This document shows positions 25,733 through 38,291 of a stretch of 64,000 nt of DNA, piece after piece; the stretch's first letter is position 1, and each line of letters starts with the position of its first letter. Position numbers and translations under genes: made by a program. The stretch spans positions 49,478,001 to 49,542,000 of the forward strand of contig NC_045707.1 in assembly GCF_009834535.1 (NCBI RefSeq), given 5' to 3'. Source of the DNA: Camelus ferus (Eukaryota). The notes under the pieces are model-generated. The model was not told where the DNA came from. It did no database searches and was given only the letters and a program-made list of their open reading frames with translations.

Positions 25733-26273
25733 TGTGTAAAGAAAGAGAAATTTGAACAAGGAAAGTTTAACATAAAGAATTATTAACTATAACGGGGATT
25801 TCAGTGACAGAGGATTGGCTAGAAAGAAGGAAAGTGAATTTAAAATAACATAGGAATAGTAGCTGTAAAAAGAGTCGTCCCCTTCAGGACTGAGATAGAG
25901 CAGACAAGCAGCACCACCTCCTCCCACGGCTGAGATCTAGACCTTGTTGGAGAAGGCATGGCTGTGGTTCACTGAAGGCAGAGAGGTCACTGGAGTGCAA
26001 CGCTGGAGGAATTCGGTGGAAATTCACTCTCTGGAACGTACCAGGGAAACTATTCATCAGAGGCACTTTGCTTTGAAATGACCCATAGGGGCGGCTGGGG
26101 CAGCTGCTGGCTGCTGTGCACTGCAGAAAGAAGCTAAAGGTTGGAAAGGCCACAAGAACACCTGTTCAGCAAGCACCCTGGAATGAGGAAACCAGACCCC
26201 TTTTCTCTTGCAGTGAATGGTTCCAATTTCTCCCCAGCACCTACTACTGATAAATCTTAGCATCCTAAACCTT

Positions 26274-26316
<43 letters not shown>

Positions 26317-26396
26317 AAAGCACCCATCTCCATTGTTGTAGGCAATAAAGGAAAGGTGAGTTTGGATCCACGAGGCATAACTTTATAACTGGCACA
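25733..26396. mobile_element. Old ERVL-type LTR inserted in L2, with an internal poly(A)38 at 26277-26314
   Basis: Starts tgtg and ends 'ataactggcaca'; composition differs from the flanking L2; subfamily uncertain. Confidence 0.55.
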
Positions 26397-27179
26397 TGGC
26401 CATACCTTTTCCTCAGCATGGAAAGCCCTGTTTTATGGTCCAGTGGAAATGTTGCCTCCTCTCTAAAACCTTTTCCCACCATCACATCCTGATCCCAAGC
26501 AAAGTTAAACAATTCTTTGGAATATTGTTCATTGCATTTAAAATCATCTTTCTGTATCACCATTTATTTCTATGACTCTTATACCATTTATTTATTTCTG
26601 TGATAACTTCAAGTGTAGGAACCATGACATGCATCTTGGTGTCACAGCCCCTAAAATAAGACCTGAAATCAGAGCAAACACTCAACTTCAGAGTATAAAA
26701 GAAAGTAGAGAAAGCAGAAATTTCCAGAAAGTTAAAATGGTTTTGATTGCTATCCATTACTTCTTTTGAGTTGGATGGGACCATAGATCCCACATGCTTT
26801 TGGACCTGGAGAGATCAAGTAACTTATGAAGCATTATGTCAGTTGTCAGTGGCAAAGCAAAGACTACAACCCAACTGTTGTGTATGACTTTGATTTTAGT
26901 GCTTTCTCCACCCTTTCATACTAATTCCTGCTATGAAAGATAATTGACATATTATTTTGTATTTAAATTTTTATTTTTCCATATGTGATCAGTCACCAGA
27001 TTTCTATCAGTAACTTATTTGTCTTCTCTGTATACAAAAATGGGATAGATAAATAAGAAAACATGGAGATCATGTCTCCACATATGCTATGCTCTCTTCT
27101 ACAGATTGGCTCATCACTTATTCCTCTGTTTGTAATTTCCTTCCCCACCTTTTCATCTATCTTCATTAAGGCTCTCTAT

Positions 27180-27650
27180 AGTTGGAATAATAGAGATACA
27201 TTAATTCTTAATTAAAGGAGATAAAGTAGGGCCTTGCAAAACATTGAAAACGGAATCTGGAAAATCATAAAGCAGCATAGCAGATAGCAGCTCTTTCTCT
27301 CTCCCCTTCTCTTTCTCTCTCGTTTCCGTTCCTTTCCTCTCTCTCCCCTTCTCTTTCTCTCTCGTTTCCGTTCCTTTCCTTTCAATCTCTGCCTCTTATG
27401 TATTCTTCACTCTTCTCTTTACACCTAAACCAGTCTTTCCTGCCTTTTTATGAACAAGGCAAAATAGTAATATAGTCATCTTAAGCTCTGAGTTAATGTG
27501 TCCTAGCAGGTCCAACACCTGCCACTAACTGCCAGGAAGCGTAAAGTCTCAACTACAAATCTCAGGGAGAGAGAAATTGGTTGACCATCTTGGGTCTGAA
27601 TATCATTTGAAATCCAATCAACTGTGGCTGGTGGGCTGAAGCAGAGACCT
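27180..27650 (-). mobile_element. Old MaLR LTR (MLT1K/L-like)
   Basis: 'aaatctcagggagagagaaattggttgaccatcttgggtc...tccaatcaactgtggc'. Confidence 0.55.
27296..27379. repeat. Perfect tandem duplication, 2 x 42 bp, pyrimidine-rich
   Basis: tctctctccccttctctttctctctcgtttccgttcctttcc occurs twice in tandem. Confidence 0.95.
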
Positions 27651-28064
27651 AATTTGTTGTGTTTTCTCCTAATAAGTATCTCACCTAACAGAAAAAAGAG
27701 GAAGGCAATTTAACAGGAGGCTATGATCTAAATCAGGAACTTCGATGTTTACCACATTCTACTACTGAAATCTTATATAGCTTTCAGACCCAGTTTAAAT
27801 GCACCTCATTGGCCAGTCTTGCTCAGATCAATGAACCAATACTCTTCCTGGATGTTGTGCCTCCATCATACAACTCACTTCATTCTGCCAATTACTATAC
27901 ACTTTTGCTTACATATCTATTTTTTTCAACCATGTGGTTCATCTTTCTGTCCCCTATATCACTTAGACCAACAGTGGCATAGTGTATATGGTACACTAAA
28001 AGGCTTGAAGAAAACCATCTTTCTTTCTTTGACTTAATTTGTTGGGTCTCTGAACATGTATTAT

Positions 28065-28650
28065 GCACTCATTTTTTACTTCAACAATTATTTATTGAGC
28101 ACATAATATGTTGTAGGCACCGTAGTAGACACAATATGCATAGCGATGAACAAAACATACTGCCCATATGAATCTCTCTATTGTAGAATTAAGTCATCAA
28201 GGAAGTAAATATACAGTTATAGACTGTGATTAGTGCTATCAAGAAAATATAGGATATCATGTTGGTATAAAGAGGGGAACTAATTTAAACTGAATGGTCA
28301 GAGGATTCCTCCCTGAGTGAGTAATCTGTCATCAGAGATATAAGGAGTGAAATTTGCCAGGTGAATAGTGGTGGTGGGAGGAAGGGGGATATTATGCCAG
28401 GAAAAGTACAATATGTGTGATGTCCCCAAGGTGAGAAGTACTTTTATGTGTCTCAAGAATGGCAGAAAGTCCGCATGACTACAAAGTAATCAGCAATCAG
28501 ATGAAAAGAGCAGACTGGCTGGAGAGATGTGCCAAAGTCACCTTATACAGGACAATGCTTGGTGTTTGATCCTATAAGAAATGGAAGTGTGCTAATGGAG
28601 GGCTTTGAACAGGGCAGGATCATGATTCAAATTTGAACTCTTAAAAGTGA
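28065..28650 (-). mobile_element. L2a-like LINE fragment
   Basis: 'ttcaacaattatttattgagcacataatatgttgtaggcac...tggtcagaggattcctccctgag...ggctttgaacaggg'. Confidence 0.8.
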
Positions 28651-28651
28651 G

Positions 28652-29386
28652 TCCTTAAAAAACTAAAAATAAACTTACCACGTGATCCAGCAATCCCACT
28701 CCTGGGCATATATCTGGAGTAAACGCCAATTCAAAGAGGTACGTGCACCCCAGTGTTCATAGCAACACTATATACAGGAGCCAAGACATGGAAACAACCT
28801 AAATGTCCATTGACAGATGATTGGGTAAAGAAGCTGTGGTATATTTATACAATGGAATGCTACTCAGCCATAAAAAGAATGAAATAATGCCATTGAATGA
28901 AATAATGCCATTGAATGAAATAATGCCATTTGCAGCAATATGGATAGACCTGGAGATCATCATATTAAGTAAAGTAAGCCAGAAAGAGAAATAAAAATAC
29001 CATACAATATCACTTGTATGTGGAATCTTAAAAAAAAAAAAAAAAGACAAATGAACTTATTTACAAAACAGAAACAGACTCACAGACATAGAAAACAAAC
29101 TTCTGGTTACTGGTGGCATGGGGTAGGGGTGGGGAGGGAAGGGGATTGTGCAGGGATAAATTGGGAGTTCGGATTTGCAAATACTAACTAATACATATAA
29201 AATAGATAAATAACAAATTTCTATTATATAGCACAGGGAACTATATTTAATGTCTTGTAGTAATCTATAATGAAAAAGAACATGAAAAGGAATATATGTA
29301 TGTATATGGATGATGGAAACATGCTGTACACCAGAAATTGACACAACATTGTAAACTGGCTATACTTCAGTAAAAAATAAATAAAA
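28652..29386 (+). mobile_element. Younger 5'-truncated L1 (ORF2 C-terminus and 3' UTR)
   Basis: 'gatccagcaatcccactcctgggcatatatc...cagacatagaaaacaaactt' plus A-rich tail; internal 3 x 18 bp repeat at 28877-28930. Confidence 0.93.
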
Positions 29387-29789
29387 TTATTTAGCTGCTT
29401 TAATAAAAAAGGAGCATTGTAAATTAAGATTGGAAAATGGATTAGAAAGAGGAGACATTGCAAAAATGGTAACAAAATGTAAAAAGTTCTGTGAGAGAGG
29501 CAGCACATATATTTAAACTCTCTGAAGAGATCTTCCTCTACTTACGCTGCTAATTTCTCTTTCTGCCCTCACCTTTGGGACGATTACTCTCAATGGCTTG
29601 CTTTCTGCTCCCCTGTGGCTGAGCCGTGGATTCCTCTTCTTGGCAATATTGTCTCTGTCTTCCATCTTCTCCTAAGCCAATCCCCTGTCCTCTTAAATGA
29701 CAACTCCTGTGTTTCTTTCTTGGTTTTGGAATTTCAGTCAACCTCAGTTTAGTCAAAACTTTTTAAATTTACTTTTATGCATTGTGACA

Positions 29790-29965
29790 GATCCAAGGTA
29801 TGACTGGTCACTGGAATCATTTAGGAAACTTTTTCAAAATATAGATTTCTTCACTCTCCTTCCAGAAATTCCCTATCAACAGGCATATGGTAGTCTTAGA
29901 CATTCATATTTTTGAATAGTTCCCCTGAACAAAACTGATGATCATCCATGTTTGAGAACCTTTGT
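29790..29965. mobile_element. hAT-Charlie MER5-like fragment
   Basis: 'ctggaatcatttaggaaactt...atttttgaatagttcccctg...tttgagaacc'. Confidence 0.55.
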
Positions 29966-31859
29966 TATTAGACTGTTATCAAATTCATATCATAAAAACT
30001 TGGTTCTAAAAATTGTCTGCCATCTCTTAGGTAAGAGGCACATTGGAAATTCAGTTGCAGAAATCACAATCCAATCATTTGCCAATGATTTGTCGAAGGC
30101 TGGCAACATCCTTTTCCTCACTGACAGTAACTCACTGAAAGAGAATTATACCTCAGAGCTAAAATTACATGGTGGGTTTTTCTAGATCCTGCAGCCACAT
30201 TTTATTAACAATTTGATATTAGTTGCACATAATCCTAGTGGTAGCAATAAACATTTTGCTGCTATGTCATAGTAGGGAAAAAAATGCCTTTTTTATTATT
30301 CACTCACTTAAAAGATTAAGATATCAGGTCATGTGAGAGAAATGAAAACTATAAGCTTATGTGATCTGCCTACAAGCAAAAAACAAAAGCAAATTCAAAA
30401 ACTCTGAGCTCCCAAATTTCCAGTCTTCTGTTTCTCAGCCCAGAGCCATACTACCTCCCACACTGCACATGTTGTAAACTTTATGTGGCCCATCTGTTAA
30501 GGAGTTTGTTTTCCAAATCTGCAGGGGCTTGGCACTTCTGGACCAAGTATCAAACCTCAGTGTGACATAGATTTTTACCTTTTTAATAGTTTTGAATTGC
30601 AAGGACACTGGTGTGAGAAAGGGCCCAGGAAACGGAGGCAACAAAGCTTACACACAGAAGCAGTCCAGCAAGGGTTAAACATCATGACTTGGGCAAAAGT
30701 ATGTTTAATACCGCAATGGTGACAGCAGTAGTGATGCTAAGGGTGCATTGAGTTTCCAGGTTCAGTTGTGGGCTGAATGTGGGCACCATTTGGCATTTGA
30801 AACTAGGCAGATTCAGACCATGATGTTTTCTCACAGTTAATGCAGAGACCATAGATAATAATTATGTTGCTAAGCCTACAGAGAATCTTTACGACTGATC
30901 CTCTGTTAAACTGGCAAAACAAGAGCATAATGTCTCCAGCACTAACAAGTTGGCAGGGAAGTAGTTGGCAACTCCTTCCACTGATGCTCCATCTGTGCGA
31001 ACCTTCAGTATGATCCAGGAGATTGTTTCCCCACACAGGTTGTGCCTGCAGTATCAAGAGAGAGCAAGACCGAGCAAAGATACCTTTATTGTTTTTGCAA
31101 GTCACTGCCATTGGAGGGGGAGCAGAGCATGGGACTGAACACCAACGCTCTATGTCATGCTCGAGAAAAGTATCTACATGGGGGATGTAGACAGGAAAAT
31201 AACCATTTCTAAGTGCCGACTTGTTGTCCCAGTGACATAAAAGTCACAGAACAAGAAGAACAGTTTCTAACCAGGATTCATTTTAGAAAAGCCTTTTGTT
31301 TCTTTTCATGGAAGCTTAGAAAACTGCTTTTGTTTAAAAATATCTTTTCTTTTGATTGCTAACACAGTCCACGGTACTTTCCCAGCCTTGACTCTCCTCC
31401 AGCATCCTGGGTCGGTTGGCTCAGATTTTGCTCTAAAAAGCACAGAGGGGAAGGAAGAAAGGCTTGTGAATGCAAAAAGAGTGCAGAAAACCAGCTGAGG
31501 CAAGTGCTAACTCCCATCTCGGAAGTGATGTCTGTCATTGCACACTTCCGATGCCACCCAGGAAATCTTCCCTGGATGTCCCAGGCAACAGTAACATCTG
31601 CCTCCTCTGAACTCACTTGATATATAACTCATACAGCCCTATTTTAGAATTATGGTACTGCATGGCTTATTTTTCCCTTTATATGACCCACAGTGCCTAG
31701 AATAGGGCCTCATTTAACACACTTTGTATCACAACTAAATAAATGGATTGTAAGCCATCTTCATTGAAGGCCATAGACAGGGAAACATCATCAGGTTCCT
31801 CACCAAGGAGGCATGTCACCAATGCCTCCCCTCATCTTCAGTGGTGGACACTGTGGAAT

Positions 31860-32118
31860 AGCAACTAATAATAGCAAATACTTTGATGCTTTTGTGTGCT
31901 GGGCTAGTTCTAAGCCCTTTCTATGTTTAACCTGTTTAATTCTCACAACAGGAAGTAGCTATTGTTATTATTTCCATTTTACAGTTAAGAAAACTTAAGG
32001 CCCAAAAGAGCTGAACTTCTTTAGGTTCTCACAACTAATAAGTGGGAAAGTTGGGATGTGAACTTGAGTGCTCTGTCTTTAAAGCTCAAGTTCTGAAACA
32101 GTACACATACTGCCTCTG
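31860..32118 (-). mobile_element. MIR SINE
   Basis: 'tttaattctcacaacaggaagtagctattg...ccattttacagttaagaaaactta...acatactgcctc'. Confidence 0.85.
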
Positions 32119-32539
32119 GATGAGCATAATAAATGTCTACAAGGAACATGAATTCTATCACACCACTTTTGCATCTCTAAGACCTTGTGTATGACAGAAG
32201 TTGAGAGGAGGCAAAGGTTTTACTTACCTGCTTTCTCATGTGTTCTTCTTCATGGAATTCGCTTTGAATATATATTAGGAGTTTGAAGAAGTCCAGGAAA
32301 TTACTTCGTTCCATCTTCTCTTCATTAATTCATATCCATCCTCCCACCCGACTTTTGTTCACCCACCTCTTACTCTCCCCAACAAGGCAGAGGCAAAGAA
32401 ATATAAAATATTAATGCTACCAGAGACATTAGCAAAGATCTAGGCAATTCTTCCCTGTCTGGAGGGTTCCATCATTATCTGATTCATCTAACAACTCCCA
32501 CTCATCCAAAACTGGTGTCAGTGGAGTGTTTCCTTACCT

Positions 32540-33100
32540 GTAGGTAGCTTAGGTACCTCCCACAGTTCTTTGTTCATAACTACATCATAGTGATTATCTT
32601 TTCAGAGGACTTATTTATTTGCACTTAAATCTCCCCTCCTAAACTATAAGTTTCTTGAGAATAAAGACTGTGTTTATTTATTTAATATTCCTAGCTCTGT
32701 GCATTATAGTAGACACTTAAAAATGGGGTGTTCTGAATGAATTAATGAATCCAACACAAAGCCTTTATTTACAGAGGAGGAAATTGCAGTGGAGGTGGAA
32801 ATGTAAAGTGACTTCTCATGATCATGTAACTACTCAGTGGAAAAGCTGACCTCAAGTTGGTTGCACTTTCCATTATGAATGCCAGCTTGTTCTCCCCAGC
32901 CTAAATCAACCTGACCTCTCTACTACCTGAAAACAACAGCCCAGCACTAATAGCTGTCTCCTTTGAATCTTATAATGCTTTAATCTATAGCACTCACTTA
33001 GCTCTTCTGTTATTGCTCTGTCTTTTAACCTAAATGTACATGTATGTATTTCACTTCTCTGCCTAGATTATAATTATTTTAAATTTAGGAATGCGCCTAA
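32540..33100. mobile_element. L2 3' ends and a MIR fragment
   Basis: 'aaactataagtttcttgagaataaagactgtg...tgaatgaattaatgaat' (L2); 'ttacagaggaggaaattg' (MIR). Confidence 0.6.
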
Positions 33101-33284
33101 TTTTTTTTTTCTTTTCAGAATGCTTTGACTGTTTGTGTTTGAGCTTGGAAAAATTAGTAATCGACCATCTTGTCCACTCTCACCAGTTCTATCATCACTG
33201 CTAACTCCAGCCCCAGGTGCCAGACAGTTTCCAACTGTCTACATAGTCCTGTATCTCTGTGTCTCCCGTAGAATCTTCAAAACA

Positions 33285-33890
33285 TGCCTCTGGACCACTA
33301 GCAACTGTAACAAAACAGAAATCAGACCATTGGGTTAAGTGGACTTATTGTTTTCCCTTGGAAGATCTCTGTGGAATGGCAGGGGATAATTATCTTGGAT
33401 AAAGATCTTTTTTGTTGTGCAGGTTACAGATACTCTTCAGAATATCTTGAGTGAGGGCGTCTGGAAGTGCAGGAAGCTCTCAGGGCCTGGAGGGGGCAGA
33501 TCAAAAAGCTATCATAAAGCAAAGCAGTTATTTTGCCAGTTTCCCATCCTTATTCTCTCTCCCTCCCTCCTTCATTCTCAATCTATCTCTATCTCTGTCC
33601 CCCTCTCTATCCCAAGGAACACATGTTCTTTCTTCTGCGTGGCTGGTTTATCACTTTCTCTCCCCAGATCTGTTGTCTTTGTTTGTCTACATATATACAA
33701 GACAGTTGTTGCCCTATACCTCCCCAGTACACTCATTCAAGTAACAGGCATGTCTGAATCCCAGTTCCAAGATCCTGAAAGAGCCAATATGATTGCACCA
33801 ACTTGAGTCAGGTTTCCCCACCCCTCACCCCAGTCGGTTCAGCTATGACCCAGGAGTCATGGTCATGTGGAATAGACATGAGTTTATACC
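33285..33890 (-). mobile_element. Old MaLR LTR (MLT1K/L-like)
   Basis: 'gcaactgtaacaaaacagaaatcagacc...tgattgcaccaacttgagtcagg...cagctatgacccagg'. Confidence 0.55.
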
Positions 33891-34189
33891 ATCTGATGTG
33901 ACCTCTGCTAGACACCATGGAGAAATAAAGAAATGAGAAAAGTAGAACCCTTACTTTCAAAAACTAAATAATAAACTGCAGAGCAAGACTAAAGCTATTT
34001 TTAAATGATCTCTATTATCTTTCGTAAAATCAAGGAAAACAGAAAATGTCATCATTATTTGGTCAGAAAAATGGAGGAACAGTTGTCTTCTACAATATTT
34101 CATCATTACTTGAATCTTAAAGATTCTATACATGCCCTCACTTCTATCCAAAGCTAACTCCTTCATTTAAGATGGAGAAAATAGGGAAA

Positions 34190-34565
34190 AGATGTAGGAT
34201 CCCTTCAAGCTCCCTATGACACCTAAGATGTGGCCACCTCAGATGTGGCTCCCAGCTTCTAGGGCTCAACACAATTGCTGTATCTCCAAGCATCACACCA
34301 ACATCCCAAGCAAATAGGTAAATGAAGAGAATAAGAAAGAAATGCCATCTCTATTTTAAGGATACTTACCTGAGGTTCTATGCAACACTTCTCATCTCAT
34401 TGGTCAGATCTAGTCACGTGATCACACTGAGATGCCAAAAGGGTGAGGATATGTTTAATCCTTTAACCGGCCAACACTGTATCCAGCTAAGAATCAGGAA
34501 TCCTTTCATGTATGAAAAAGAAGGACAGAATGATATATTATGGCTCATTTATATTCGCTGCCATA
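34190..34565 (-). mobile_element. Old MaLR LTR fragment (MLT1J/K-like)
   Basis: 'ctcattggtcagatctagtcacgtgatcacac...aatcaggaatcc...ctgccata'. Confidence 0.6.
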
Positions 34566-34639
34566 ACCTTTAATTCCTGCCCTCAATCTGTTTCACTTGC
34601 CCATAGCTTTTGTTCCTGATAGTTTTTCCTGCCTTTTTA

Positions 34640-35405
34640 AAACCATATCCTACCCTTGAATATTGTGATATTAAACTATGCTTACATTCCTTCCTTTCTG
34701 ATTGCTTTTCTAACTTTTTTACTCTTCTCAATTCCTCAGTTTCTTCTTACCTCTAAGTATAAGTGTCCAAGGGCTCTGTCTTTTCCTCTTTGCATCTGCT
34801 TTTATCCACTCTCACCATTTTAACTACCAACACTATTTTCTAGCTCTCTCTCTCTCTCCCAACTTCCAGGAACATATTTTAGACCACTTGCTGATAATTT
34901 TAAATTTACTATCCTACCAATTAAAAACTCAACATCACAGGGAAGGGTATAGCTCAAGTGGTAGGGCACATTAGCATGCATGAGTTCCTGGGTTCAATCC
35001 CCAGTACCTCCTCTAAAAATAAATAAATAAGCCTAATTACCCCCCCCAACAAAAATGTTTTTTAAAAAATACTTTAAAAAAAAAACCCAAAAAACTCAAC
35101 CTCTCCAAAAAATCTAGTAAAGTCTAAGAAAACAGTTCAAAGAAATTTCATCAGGTAAGGTCATTCATTACACACATTCATTATACCCTGAAATTCTTTA
35201 TAAGGCTTACAACAATTGTAAAACTTTTACTTGTTTTAGTTGTACAGTGATTTGTTTGATGTTTGTGCTTCCTACTAGCATACTAGGTCTTGAGGACAAG
35301 AAAGATACCTATCTTATCATTGCACTGTATCTCCAGTGACTCACAGAGTATCTGTCACATAGTAGTCACTCAGAATAACAAATGGACAAGCAAATGAATG
35401 AATAA
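34640..35405 (+). mobile_element. L2 LINE fragment hosting a SINE
   Basis: 'ccaagggctctgtc...aaactcaac' and L2 3' end 'tgtatctccagtgactcacagagtatctgtcacatagtag...aatgaatgaat'. Confidence 0.7.
34939..35089 (+). mobile_element. tRNA-derived SINE, vic-1-like (camelid)
   Basis: Head 'gggaagggtatagctcaagtggtag' (A box), 'gggttcaatccccagtacctcc' (B box), AT-rich/poly-C/poly-A tail; TSD aaaaactcaacatcac (34923-34938) / aaaaactcaacctctc (35090-35105). Confidence 0.85.
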
Positions 35406-35809
35406 AAATATCATTTGGTTTACAAAGTCCTCATGAGGTGACATTACCTTGGTCCTCAGTGATTTTTTAAACAGACTAAGAATAGGTTTGTGCTCCCAGG
35501 TGGAATCAACTCCTGCATTCACCATATCCATAACACCAAATAATTTTCAGAGACAGGTATAAACACCATAGTATATGGAAGAGTTGTGTTCAGCCAGTCA
35601 AGGGCTAGGAGACCTACATGAGAAGCCAAATGATATTCAGAAAGTTGCTTGATGACCACAGAATAGAACGAGGGGGCACAGTCAGATGATTCAATACATA
35701 GTGTATTCAGGCCCAAATATGCTAACATATCCATCTTCATAAGAAGGATAATTTTGATGATGGAACCCTAATACTTGAAATATATTGACTTATACTTCTT
35801 CTGTCTTGC

Positions 35810-35965
35810 ATAGCCCTTAAGAGTAAGAAATTTTGAGTCTGAAAAAAAAGAGATATTATAATCTACCTTTGAGGACTGTTACAAGGTTTAATAAAATAAT
35901 TATATAAAATATTTAGCACAATTTCTCACACTGAGTAAGCACTCAATAATTGGAAGTTATCAGTA
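35810..35965 (+). mobile_element. MIR 3' fragment
   Basis: 'ataatctacctttgaggactgttacaaggtttaa...tttagcacaatttctcacactgagtaagcactcaataa'. Confidence 0.7.
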
Positions 35966-36619
35966 ACCCCCTCTAGGCTTCCATGGGTGATGAATCTCTT
36001 TTTAAATTAACCTGTTTCTTTAGAAATATAAAGTTAAATCTCAGTCCAATTGGTTAGGGAATCCATTTTTTATATCTCTTTTCTGATACATTCTGTGTTG
36101 ATTTAATAGTTTAACTTTCAGAGGCTCTTGTTATCTATAACTCAGATACCTCAAAGCCTCATCAACCTATTATACAAAAAAGTCATATTAATAATAATAA
36201 TTTATATTTCCTAGTTCCTGTCCCCGTCCATTAGTGGTAGAGCTCCATCTCCAAAGAGAGCTCCCCTTTACCCACCCAAATACTTCCGAGAATCCCCAGG
36301 GTCAGTCTCACATGGGCTGATTAGTATTTCTGCTGTGATGAAGATTCCCCTTCTTTTTCTCTTTCCTCTTCCTATTTGCCTTTATTTATGGTCTTAGCTT
36401 GGCCTCTTTCTATCAATAATCAACGTAGCCCAGGCAGCATGACTGAGGAGAAAACCCTGTTTCCTCCATTTCTCTTTTCCAAGTGCATTTTCATCAGCAT
36501 CTTCCTCTTCAGCCAAAACCCCAGAAAGCTCACATACTTATCAACACATACCCAAGAACTTTCAGTGGGCAGAGAATAGGGTCTCTGGCCCTTTAATCCC
36601 AATCCCTGCTTAGATTCAG

Positions 36620-37660
36620 TCAGGACATTCTGTTGAATTATTTATATTATTTTTAAGTTTTGGGTCCCATGACAATGTAGTTCCTATCTACCTGTAATTT
36701 CTTCTCACATAACTTCTCATTCCGTGGTCTATATTTCTAGTAATGGTACCAGGCTCAAAAATCTCAGAGTAGTCTCATGTCCTCTCTTTTGTTTCTCCCA
36801 ATCAATTGCAGTTACTGCAGATTTTACCTCCATAATCTCTTGTTTTTAATCCCTTCTTTCCCAATTTCACAGCTGCCAGCCAAGGTGGGCCATTAATTCC
36901 TCTTGCCTGGATTGCTGGCAAGTCCTCCTAATTTGTCTCTTTTTGCCTCTCCCCTTACCTTCTATCTACACAACAGTTTTCTGATCTAAACAGTTTGACC
37001 ACTAGACTAAATTTTACAGCTCTAAAAGCCATTGAGTCTATGAAAACCACGTTGAACTGTCCAGATATTTACCTACAATTTATATCACTACAATGTTTCC
37101 TTCCGTTTTAGATAAATTTCATGCACTAGGTCAGTTTTTTCCCAGTTCAGGTTGACAACATATTGTTAGAAGCCAAGCTATACTCCTTTTTGAAAACCAA
37201 AAGTAAATGTCCTAGATTTCAAATGTAGAATTTACAAAGATGTACACCACTCAAAAGAGCTGCTATAGGACTGTTCTGATCTTAAATAGAAGAAAGTTAA
37301 GCCTGAGAAATAGTTGGACTTATCCATAGCCAATTATGGGCAGCTGTCATAGTGTAGAAGCAAAAGTAATATTCATGGCGTACTTCCCCAAACTGTAAGC
37401 CCCATGAGAGCAAGATGGTGTCTGCCTTGTATCCTCAGTGCCTAGACATAGGATCTGATACATAGTTTACACGAGATAATTTATTGAATAGATAAATGAA
37501 TGGATATCTTTCCAAAGTACAGTTTCAATACTTGATAATATTTATAAATGGAAAGCTTCTTGAGAGCAGAGGCAGTATCCTACTTATCTTTCTATACCCA
37601 GTAGGACTCTGTGCAGTACTTTGCACAGATGAAACATTCAAAAGGATTGATAGTCTTGAT
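36620..37660 (+). mobile_element. L2 fragments, including two 3' ends
   Basis: 'ctcttgcctggattgctggcaagtcctcctaa' and 'aactgtaagccccatgagagcaagatgg...ttattgaatagataaatgaatgg'. Confidence 0.65.
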
Positions 37661-38009
37661 GTTTTTTTAATTTGTAGGTGAATTCATGTATATCATCAAA
37701 GGAAGTAATCCTTGCAGCATGGAAATACACAAGAGAATCTGGAAATGGAAGAAGAAGAAGCCATAGAATAAGCTGGAAAGCCTTTAAGGTAAGGACCTCT
37801 CAATAAATTCCTTTACAGCCTGGCCAGAAAATTTTAAATGCATAAGGTCACTCAGGGAGAAGAAAACAATCCCTTTCCAAAGGAATTCCCGTTAAGAAGG
37901 GGAATAATAACAACTTCCAAGCTTTGTCCATACCGTCTTCAGACTTTTCACTGCTCCATTGTTAAACTTTGGAACAGGGGAAAGTAGGTCTTCCTTCTTT
38001 CAAAGAGAA

Positions 38010-38209
38010 TAAGATTATTGGTGAAAAGATATTTGCCAAGGCTAGAGTCAGATGACAATGTACTCACTTGCTGATTGCCTTGAGGAAGTTCATACACATT
38101 TCAGAGCTCAAATGTCTTATCTCTCAAATGGGATGATAATACCAGCCCTGTCTTACAAAAGTCATTGTTCAGTGAATAAAAGAAGATTATGTCTGTTAAA
38201 GTGCTTTTT
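38010..38209 (+). mobile_element. MIR SINE split by an L1
   Basis: 'ctagagtcag...cttgaggaagtt...aaatgggatgataatacc...aaagtgcttt'. Confidence 0.7.
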
Positions 38210-38221
38210 AAAACATGAAAT

Positions 38222-38255
38222 GTATAAAGAAGAAGTGGCATACACACACATACTG

Positions 38256-38291
<36 letters not shown>

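Noticed and set aside
28877..28930. CRISPR-like array (also 27296-27379 and 6382-6431)
   Set aside because: These are head-to-tail tandem duplications without spacers, in mammalian DNA.
32222..32230. Perfect minus-strand donor CAG|GTAAGT
   Set aside because: I found no convincing acceptor or reading frame upstream on that strand.
34940..35010. tRNA gene
   Set aside because: It has A and B boxes but also a SINE tail and TSD, and no complete cloverleaf; it is a tRNA-derived SINE.
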